Shown: piece after piece, positions 1 through 5,736 of the stretch
Layout: each line of letters starts with the position of its first letter
Numbering within the stretch: position 1 is the first letter of the stretch
DNA from: a virus
Taxonomy: Duplodnaviria > Caudoviricetes
DNA length: 35,005 nt
Strand: one strand, 5' to 3'
IMG/VR virus record: IMGVR_UViG_3300044676_000856
Coordinates: 1 to 35,005 of that record
The notes under the pieces: model-generated
What the model was told of the DNA's origin: nothing
Databases searched by the model: none
The model's input: only the letters and a program-made list of their open reading frames with translations
Program-made: the position numbers and the translations under genes

Positions 1-403
1 GCTTCTGTGCAAGCTCAGCCGCCTGCCTCTGATCTTCCTCTAGGTCTTTGGCCTTCTGCTCGGACAGCATCCTGATCTGTTCGCGCTCCTTGTCGGTCAT
101 CTTATGGTTCACCGCATTGTCAGGCTTCCAAGTCGCGGTCGGCTCATCGTTGCTCACCGTGCGGTCACCACAGCGACCGAAGGGTACGTCCTGATCCAGC
201 CACACCTGATACCACCCGACGAGCTTCTGCTTGCCACCAACGTCCATGTAGGCGCGACCAATGTCGCCGCCTATGACTAACCCCTTCTTTGACTCTACCG
301 TCATGCCATTCGACAAAAGAAAAGACTCGAACTCACCGCGCAGGTCACCACTCAATGGTCGGCTGAAGTCTTTGCTTTTGCCGTCAGTTATTTTTAATCC
401 CAT
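1..403 (-). CDS. Probable DNA primase (TraC/P4-alpha-like) N-terminal part, truncated by window edge
   Basis: Not in ORF track; hand translation from ATG at 403: MGLKITDGKSKDFSRPLSGDLRGEFESFLLSNGMTVESKKGLVIGGDIGRAYMDVGGKQKLVGWYQVWLDQDVPFGRCGDR...TWKP...AAELAQK, open to position 1. The GWY..., PFG..GD, W and charged-helix pattern resembles TraC-type primase N-termini; divergent from an SSB-like gene. Confidence 0.65.
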   Translation of the reverse strand, partial: MGLKITDGKSKDFSRPLSGDLRGEFESFLLSNGMTVESKKGLVIGGDIGRAYMDVGGKQKLVGWYQVWLDQDVPFGRCGDRTVSNDEPTATWKPDNAVNHKMTDKEREQIRMLSEQKAKDLEEDQRQAAELAQK

Positions 404-415
404 GTAAAATTCACC

Positions 416-444
416 TTGATCACGTTTTCCCAGATGTGCATAAT
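416..444 (+). promoter_or_regulatory. Putative sigma70 promoter for the replication/recombination operon
   Basis: TTGATC (416-421), 17-nt spacer, CATAAT (439-444), in the divergent intergenic gap; RBS AAGGA upstream of ATG 479. Confidence 0.45.
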
Positions 445-478
445 AGTACAACATTTTGCAAACACACAAGGAAAAACG

Positions 479-1186
479 ATGGGAATCATAGCAACTGGTG
501 GCGGCGGATCAGACTTCGAGCAAGTCCCGACTGGCACACACAACGCAATCTGCTACAAGTTGGTGGATGCTGGAACCACACTGAACGAGTATCAAGGCGA
601 GGTGAACAAGCGTCACAACGTCTTTATCTTTTGGGAGTTACCCGAGCTTCGTATGGCAGACGATCGACCCATGTCAATCAACTGCCAGTATACGTTAAGC
701 CTGAATGAGCGCGCAAAACTGCGGCAACATTTACAGGCATGGCGCAACAAATCTTTCACCGAAGAAGAGTTGGCATCCTTTGACCTGACCAAGATCTTGG
801 GCACAACGTGCAAGGTCGATGTCGGCTTAACCAGTGGCGGCAACGCTAAGGTTCAGGGTGTCTTCTGCGCCGACGGTGGGGCAAAGAAAGTTGCAACCGT
901 CAACGATCAAGTGGTCTTTGATCTTGAAGACTACTGCAAAGAGTTTTCTGGGAAGTCGGATAAAGCCAGCAAGGATGCATGCGATATCTTCGAGGAATTG
1001 CCTCGGTTCATGCAGTGGCAGATTGGCGGGTGCGACGAGCCGGGCAAAGATCATGTCGAGCCATGTTTTGAGCTTCAGGCTGCGATGAAGAAGGGCGTCC
1101 CAGAACCTGAGATCGAGCCACAGAAGAAGGCGAAGAAGACAGAGCTAGTCGGCGAGGAATTCGTTGACGATGACATTCCATTTTAA
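479..1186 (+). CDS. Phage ssDNA-binding / replication protein (OB-fold-like, acidic DDDIPF tail)
   Basis: Start moved to ATG 479 behind AAGGAAAAACG; N-terminal DFEQVPTGTHNAICY..VD.GT, YTLSL.ERAKLR..L.AWR.K.FT.EE...FDL..ILG..C; C-terminal EFVDDDIPF is the SSB-type tail. Confidence 0.75.
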   Translation: MGIIATGGGGSDFEQVPTGTHNAICYKLVDAGTTLNEYQGEVNKRHNVFIFWELPELRMADDRPMSINCQYTLSLNERAKLRQHLQAWRNKSFTEEELASFDLTKILGTTCKVDVGLTSGGNAKVQGVFCADGGAKKVATVNDQVVFDLEDYCKEFSGKSDKASKDACDIFEELPRFMQWQIGGCDEPGKDHVEPCFELQAAMKKGVPEPEIEPQKKAKKTELVGEEFVDDDIPF

Positions 1187-1197
1187 GGGGGGCGGCA

Positions 1198-1596
1198 ATG
1201 AAGAATAAAAAGCATAACCGTAAGTCGGTAAAGAGCGACTCAGTCATTGACTACCTGAGTCAGCATGGTGATACCAAGGCCGAAGTCTTGGCCTCTGAGC
1301 TAGGCGTTAGCAAGAGCCTAGCGGCCAAGAACCTGCGGAACTGGCACAATGCCCAGCGCAAGGTTGCCGAGGTATTGTCTGTCTCTGACGGCTCGACAGC
1401 GCGTTATTACGAGCTGCCGTTCAAGGCTCGGGAACTGCAAGATCTGATTTCTTTCAAGAACATGAACGCTCAGATTGGCGAGATCTTTAGGGCAACCTAT
1501 CGATACGGTCAGTCGTCGCATAGCAGTGAACTGCGTGATGCTAAGAAGATTCGTTTCTACATTGACGCTGAGATCAAGCGACTGGAGCAGTTATGA
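1198..1596 (+). CDS. HTH domain fused to DUF3310 (SaV-like) domain
   Basis: N-terminal AEVLASELGVSKSLAAKNL helix-turn-helix; C-terminal YYELP...ELQDLI...MNAQIGEIFRATYRYG...RDAKKIRFYIDAEIKRL resembles DUF3310. Confidence 0.6.
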   Translation: MKNKKHNRKSVKSDSVIDYLSQHGDTKAEVLASELGVSKSLAAKNLRNWHNAQRKVAEVLSVSDGSTARYYELPFKARELQDLISFKNMNAQIGEIFRATYRYGQSSHSSELRDAKKIRFYIDAEIKRLEQL

Positions 1597-1700
1597 GGAT
1601 TCGACAGATGATTGCGGACGCAAAGCACCCAATCTTTACCCCATATGCTGTGATGGTAGCATTCGGTATCGGATTGATTTTAGGATTCGGTTTAGGCTAA
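1593..1700 (+). CDS. Small single-pass membrane protein (35 aa)
   Basis: ATGA overlap with upstream stop; MRIRQMIADAKHPIFTPYAVMVAFGIGLILGFGLG*, hydrophobic with GxxxG motifs; below ORF-track cutoff. Confidence 0.55.
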   Translation: MRIRQMIADAKHPIFTPYAVMVAFGIGLILGFGLG

Positions 1701-1771
1701 GGGTTCCATCACGGCCCTCCAACAGTGTTCCCGTCCACTGAGCCGCCCCGGCGGGACTAATTAGGAAACCC
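1695..1771 (+). ncRNA. Candidate structured leader RNA (three-way junction plus pseudoknot)
   Basis: GGCU/AGCC closes AGGGUU/GGCCCU and AGUG/CACU hairpins; loop UCCCGUC is complementary (one G-U) to downstream GGCGGGA. Confidence 0.45.
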
Positions 1772-1772
1772 A

Positions 1773-2543
1773 ATGGAATTCAAAGAAGGTATCTACGAAG
1801 ACCTCGACTACCCCACCTACGATTCGATCCCTGCATGGAGATCACACGACCTAACCTCAATCGCTAAGTGCCCGTTCACTTGGAAGAACCGGACGTTCAA
1901 CAACTCTCCGGCACTGCTTGAAGGCCGGGTGCAACACACCGTGTTCTTAGAACATCACAAGTTCTTCGATGAGTTTGCGATCGAGCCGCCAGTCGATAGG
2001 CGCACAAAGGCAGGCAAGCAAGAGTACGCCGAGTGGCTGGAAGATCTTGGTGACAAGACACCCTGCAAGCAGGATATGTACGACATCTGCATGGAGCGCC
2101 GGGAGGTTGTCTCTGACTTCATACCCGAGCCAGATCATCGGGTCGAGCTGACGCTCTGCTGGATATGGAACGGCCAACCCTGCAAGGGAAAGCTAGACTG
2201 GCATACCGGGACGGACATCTGGGATCTCAAGACCTGCCGGGACGCTTCACCCCGTGGATTCAGGAGTGCGATCAACACGTTCCGATACCACCAGCAGGCT
2301 GCGTATTATCTTGCTGGTTGTCGGGCGGTTGGCCTACCGACAGAGAAGTTCTACTTCTTGGCTCAGGAAAAGACAGCGCCCTATCCCTATTGCGTGTACA
2401 CGTTGTCTGACGAAGCCATAGCCTATGCTGACGCTCAGAATGAGCAAGCCATGGCCATTGGCATCAAGTGCCGGGAGCAAGACCTCTACCTGCCATACAA
2501 TCAAGAAGGCATCAAGGAGTTTGGCCTTGCTGACCTTAACTAA
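1773..2543 (+). CDS. RecE / exonuclease VIII-like PD-(D/E)XK nuclease (DUF3799-like)
   Basis: G.Y......Y, S.S.L, PAL..GR..H...LE, CKGKLDW, DLKT..DAS..GF......YH.QAAYY, F.F.AQEK.APY motifs. Confidence 0.85.
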   Translation: MEFKEGIYEDLDYPTYDSIPAWRSHDLTSIAKCPFTWKNRTFNNSPALLEGRVQHTVFLEHHKFFDEFAIEPPVDRRTKAGKQEYAEWLEDLGDKTPCKQDMYDICMERREVVSDFIPEPDHRVELTLCWIWNGQPCKGKLDWHTGTDIWDLKTCRDASPRGFRSAINTFRYHQQAAYYLAGCRAVGLPTEKFYFLAQEKTAPYPYCVYTLSDEAIAYADAQNEQAMAIGIKCREQDLYLPYNQEGIKEFGLADLN

Positions 2544-2754
2544 AGAGGAAAGGGAGCGGGAAGCGAAGTGGGCGGCGGATATCAAATATCACGCTGCCCG
2601 AAGCGTCTGGAAGAAAAGGCACGAGGCCACGCCGAACAATCCGCCGCACCGCCGGGTAACTTGGGGGCAGTGGTTCGAGAAAAAGTTTGGCGAGAATCTT
2701 ATTGAGTATGCTGAGAGAAAGGCAAAGGAAAAGAAAAAGTCAAAGCCTGTTTAG
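2527..2754 (+). CDS. Hypothetical basic protein
   Basis: TTG start at 2527, 7 nt after AAGGAG, in frame with track ORF 2425..2754; overlaps end of nuclease gene. Confidence 0.55.
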   Translation: MLTLTKEEREREAKWAADIKYHAARSVWKKRHEATPNNPPHRRVTWGQWFEKKFGENLIEYAERKAKEKKKSKPV

Positions 2755-2916
2755 TTCTTCACTTGCCAGCCTTCCGGTTTCCCTGTTGAACTTCATCGCA
2801 AGGTAGTCGTGGATTCGGCTCAGCTCATAAGCTCTTACATCGTCGTCTTCCTCATCGACAATCTTATCTATCATCGCTAACACGCGGATGGTTGGTATGT
2901 TTGATTCTCTTTGCAT
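2740..2916 (-). CDS. Hypothetical protein (58 aa)
   Basis: Hand translation MQRESNIPTIRVLAMIDKIVDEEDDDVRAYELSRIHDYLAMKFNRETGRLASEELNRL*; AGGA upstream; fills an otherwise empty gap. Confidence 0.55.
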   Translation of the reverse strand: MQRESNIPTIRVLAMIDKIVDEEDDDVRAYELSRIHDYLAMKFNRETGRLASEELNRL

Positions 2917-2943
2917 AGCTTAATCCTAAGTCAAATTGCTGGC

Positions 2944-2965
2944 AAAAAAAAGCGGCCTAAGCCGC
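2944..2965 (-). terminator. Rho-independent terminator of left accessory cassette
   Basis: Minus strand GCGGC-TTAG-GCCGC followed by T8; stop codon of 2957..3364 lies in the loop. Confidence 0.8.
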
Positions 2966-3364
2966 CTCTCCCAACAATTCGGTAAGAACACTCAGCACTT
3001 CACAAAGCTTTACAGTCTGCTTGTCGCTGATATTCTTGCCCTCAAACCTAGCTTTATTAATTTTCTCAGCCAGTAGGTGAGCTGAGTCGGCCAAGACCTG
3101 CGCCCTGCGAGATTCTTTATGCGAAGGCTTAATTGCGCTTGAGATAAACTTACAATCAGCAAGATCTTCGAGATCTGCCGTCTCGCAGTTGATCTGAATG
3201 ATCGTCCCGTTCATCCCTGCAAAGGTCACCCCAGAACTGAGGGAGTGTCTGTTCAGGCTTCCAAAAAATACGTCAAGCCGAGGCGCGACCATGTTGATCA
3301 GGTCGCAAATGTTGTCGTTGGTCAAATCGTTTACGACTTCTAAAAGTTGTTGTTGTTCCATCAT
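2957..3364 (-). CDS. Hypothetical accessory (early) protein
   Basis: AAGGA RBS, ATGATG start, ends GEAA*; directly downstream of hammerhead. Confidence 0.7.
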   Translation of the reverse strand: MMEQQQLLEVVNDLTNDNICDLINMVAPRLDVFFGSLNRHSLSSGVTFAGMNGTIIQINCETADLEDLADCKFISSAIKPSHKESRRAQVLADSAHLLAEKINKARFEGKNISDKQTVKLCEVLSVLTELLGEAA

Positions 3365-3379
3365 GTTTTTCCTTGTTTT

Positions 3380-3429
3380 GGGTTTCGGCCTAGTGGCCTC
3401 ATCAGTACCAGCTCCGAACTGGTAGACCC
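3380..3429 (-). ncRNA. Type III hammerhead ribozyme
   Basis: Minus strand reads GGGUC-UACCAG-UUCGGAG-CUGGUA-CUGAUGA-GGCC-ACUA-GGCC-GAAA-CCC: exact CUGAUGA and GAAA core, GUC cleavage triplet, 6-bp stem I, 4-bp stem II, 4-bp stem III; intergenic and on the sense strand. Confidence 0.92.
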
Positions 3430-3442
3430 GGAGGGGCGGTGA

Positions 3443-3877
3443 TTAAGCCGCCGCCACCTTGTCAATGTCGTAATAAGGAATGTTGCTGTATCTGGGCAAT
3501 TTATCGGTCATGATAAAAACACCTGTCGACGGTTTTACAAAAACTCGCTCGTCAAAGTAAAATCCTGCGGGGGAAAGCAACTCGCTGTCAGTCATTACAT
3601 ACTTGGTTGAAACGTAAATAAGCTCTACTTTTAAACTGCCTTCAAGAAGCTCTATCTCTCTAAGGAACTGAGCAGCATGAACCGCATCTTCGTTTTCGAT
3701 CAACCAAGTTTGATGATCCATCAAATCAAATCCTTCTTCGTCCTTCCATTTTTTAAAAAGAGATCTTTGGTGAGCTGACGCTTTTCTTGCGACATCAGCA
3801 TCGATGTTGCATTTTGCAAACTCTTCTTTAGCCTTTGCGATTTTTTCTAAAACAATTTCGTGGTACTTGTTCATCAT
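3443..3877 (-). CDS. Hypothetical accessory (early) protein
   Basis: Start moved to ATGATG at 3877 behind AAGGAG; AT-rich; ends VAAA*. Confidence 0.7.
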   Translation of the reverse strand: MMNKYHEIVLEKIAKAKEEFAKCNIDADVARKASAHQRSLFKKWKDEEGFDLMDHQTWLIENEDAVHAAQFLREIELLEGSLKVELIYVSTKYVMTDSELLSPAGFYFDERVFVKPSTGVFIMTDKLPRYSNIPYYDIDKVAAA

Positions 3878-3905
3878 CTTCTCCTTGCGGCGGCTTACGC
3901 CGCCT
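3870..3905 (-). repeat. Gene-junction module, copy 1 (hairpin with AA-stop, RBS, ATGATG)
   Basis: AGGCGGCGTAAGCCGCCGCAAGGAGAAGATGATGAA; identical except for one indel to 25616-25650 (+). Confidence 0.9.
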
Positions 3906-4416
3906 TCCTTGTTGCTGTTAATGTTGCATCCCCGTACCATCCTGAGACTCTTGGCTTCCAGCCATCAACCTTGAGTTCTTCGGCCCTAGCATATGCCTTG
4001 CGAATGTCCGTGAATCTTTCGTGGATTCGATCAACCTTTTCTTCTTTAGGTGCGGGATAAAGATCTTGGCCTTGACGCTTCTCAATCAACTTGCGAAGAG
4101 AGGCAACGTGATCGGTCATTGCTTGATACTGGAGGTTGTTTTTGCGAGCAGCTCGAAACTCTTCGTCGTAGTGGTCGAGGCCGTTTAGGTCGATCAACTT
4201 CATACCAGCAAGCTGGCCTTGAATGGAGTTGATGATTTGAGTTGTTAGCTTGTGGCTCTTCTCAATCGGAAGCTCATTCGATCCCGGGCACTCGCCCTGA
4301 AACATCCCCCAATCGACGGTGTAGCCGTGCTTAGCAATCATGCCGGTCTTGTTGTTAACCGCCTGCACTGAACCGCATACTTGGCAGGTTCCTCTGTGTG
4401 TGTGTCTTGCCATCAT
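3895..4416 (-). CDS. Hypothetical accessory protein with putative Zn-binding CxxC-H-C motif
   Basis: Start moved to ATGATG at 4416 behind AAGGGA; GTCQVCG...AKHGY...GECPGS; ends RKAA*. Confidence 0.7.
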   Translation of the reverse strand: MMARHTHRGTCQVCGSVQAVNNKTGMIAKHGYTVDWGMFQGECPGSNELPIEKSHKLTTQIINSIQGQLAGMKLIDLNGLDHYDEEFRAARKNNLQYQAMTDHVASLRKLIEKRQGQDLYPAPKEEKVDRIHERFTDIRKAYARAEELKVDGWKPRVSGWYGDATLTATRKAA

Positions 4417-4433
4417 GTTTTCCCTTTGGTTAT

Positions 4434-4506
4434 GGGGGCAAGCGCCCCCGACAAAGGAATAATCGCATAATGCCGTGTCGTTGTACACACTTTTATGCAA
4501 ATAAAT
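4434..4506 (-). promoter_or_regulatory. Putative early promoter plus 5' stem-loop of left cassette
   Basis: TGTACA (4487-4482), 17 nt, TGn-GATTAT (4464-4459); spacer contains CGACACGG; upstream ATTTATTTG; followed by hairpin GGGGGC-GCTT-GCCCCC (4434-4449). Confidence 0.55.
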
Positions 4507-4521
4507 GTAAATATTTGCAGG

Positions 4522-5235
4522 TCAGTCTAAGTTGTTGTACCGCTCGATCAGGCGCTTCTTGTCGTGCAGCCAGAAAACCAACAGGTATCGGTCTCCACTC
4601 TCTACCGCTAAACCACGGTGCAGATTGGTGAAGGAAGGGAATATCAATGCGTGTCCACTGGGCAGAGGATTCAGGATGCCGTGGCGATGAAACTCTGTGC
4701 CACCACCCTTGTACTCATCGGTGTTGAGGGGAACCACCACGCTGATGTCGGCGCTCTCGTCGTGATGCCACGCACCTTTTTGCTTATCCTTGGGGTTATA
4801 GTTTGCAATCTGGATCGAGGAAACGTCCCGGCAGTCCCTGTGGTACAGCGTATTGAAGATCGGATTCAGCACGTTCTGCACGACAAACCACATCGTGCGG
4901 TACAGCTCAGGCACATGCTCTTGCAGCACAATCTCTGGGATCTGCCTCAGCTCATCCTCAGCCTCATTCGGCTCAAAGGGTATCTCCTGCTCCATGTGCT
5001 TGATCTCTTCGACCAACATCTTGCAGAACTGCCTGCGAAACAACGGCACCTTGTATACCTCGGGGAAGACCTTCTTGCATAGCTGAGACACAGGAGTCTT
5101 CTGTAGGCGCTCCCTGCCATCCCTAGCCCTGAACTCAGCAATCATCGGAACAGTCGCCTGAACCGCCTTGTAGAGCGGCTGGTTGACCATCCAATGCGAC
5201 TGCATTGACAACATATAATTTTTCATTTCATACAT
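4522..5235 (-). CDS. 2OG-Fe(II) oxygenase (PLOD/lysyl-hydroxylase C-terminal-like); start codon uncertain
   Basis: HHD..DISVVVPLN..Y.GGGT.F, GHALIFP...LHRGL.V.SGDRYLLVFW: HxD...H triad and 2OG-binding Arg. Confidence 0.85.
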   Translation of the reverse strand: MYEMKNYMLSMQSHWMVNQPLYKAVQATVPMIAEFRARDGRERLQKTPVSQLCKKVFPEVYKVPLFRRQFCKMLVEEIKHMEQEIPFEPNEAEDELRQIPEIVLQEHVPELYRTMWFVVQNVLNPIFNTLYHRDCRDVSSIQIANYNPKDKQKGAWHHDESADISVVVPLNTDEYKGGGTEFHRHGILNPLPSGHALIFPSFTNLHRGLAVESGDRYLLVFWLHDKKRLIERYNNLD

Positions 5236-5272
5236 TTGTGCAATGATATACAATCCTATACAATTGCTCAAT
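5236..5272 (+). promoter_or_regulatory. Putative promoter with 10-bp-phased direct repeats
   Basis: TTGTGC (5236-5241), 17 nt, TACAAT (5259-5264); TGTGCAAT/TATACAAT/TATACAAT at 5237, 5247, 5257. Confidence 0.5.
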
Positions 5273-5290
5273 ATTAATTAGAGATCCGTC

Positions 5291-5467
5291 ATGGAAACCG
5301 AAGACCAAGCAGCGTTAGACAGAAAAAGAAAGTCGCTGGCGATTGACCTCGAAACATACGAGAGGCTACGCGACATCTGTGCGCGAGAGCGACGAACAAT
5401 AATCAGCCAGTTGCAACTTATGATTGAGCAGAAGCACGACGACCTGTTCGATAGGGATAATCATTGA
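5291..5467 (+). CDS. Ribbon-helix-helix (Arc/CopG-like) DNA-binding protein, 58 aa
   Basis: Hand translation METEDQAALDRKRKSLAIDLETYERLRDICARERRTIISQLQLMIEQKHDDLFDRDNH*; KSLAI strand, helix, RRT turn, helix. Confidence 0.7.
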   Translation: METEDQAALDRKRKSLAIDLETYERLRDICARERRTIISQLQLMIEQKHDDLFDRDNH

Positions 5468-5736
5468 AAAATTTATTTAAGAGAAGACCGACCCAGATTC
5501 CTCAATCCTACCGCCCTGTAGCGGATTCTAAAGAGGTTATCGATCTATTTGGTAGGATGACCTTACACCAACAAGCCGCGCTCCTGCGGCTCTGTAGTCG
5601 CAACCTGATGATCGACATTGACGGTGATTACCACATGGGCTATGACTTCGACTGGAACGTCAGTGGCGCAATGATCATCGCCACCCCAGCCGAGCCAGAC
5701 CTACCAATGCTAGGCGAGGGAAGCGATCCCGCCTAA
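5464..5736 (+). CDS. Hypothetical protein
   Basis: TTG start overlapping the RHH stop (TTGA); converges on and overlaps the end of 5710..8310. Confidence 0.55.
   Translation: MKNLFKRRPTQIPQSYRPVADSKEVIDLFGRMTLHQQAALLRLCSRNLMIDIDGDYHMGYDFDWNVSGAMIIATPAEPDLPMLGEGSDPA

Noticed and set aside
416-478. TTG-start N-terminal extension of the SSB-like ORF (similar extensions at 3878-3940, 4417-4500, 25189-25257)
   Set aside because: Better RBS-ATG pairs lie downstream and the extensions run through promoter, hairpin or neighbouring-gene sequence
1475-1741. 88-aa plus-strand ORF in the track
   Set aside because: Overlaps the DUF3310-like gene and the coupled 35-aa ORF in another frame; no RBS or protein-like features
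1695-1771. Assignment as canonical HDV-like or twister ribozyme
   Set aside because: P1, P1.1 and P2 of the HDV fold cannot be built without several mismatches and twister motif order does not fit; kept only as an unassigned structured RNA
3870-3905. Junction hairpin as CRISPR repeat, integron attC or terminator
   Set aside because: Only two dispersed full copies, no regular spacers, no attC R/L boxes or integrase, and no U-tract after this copy
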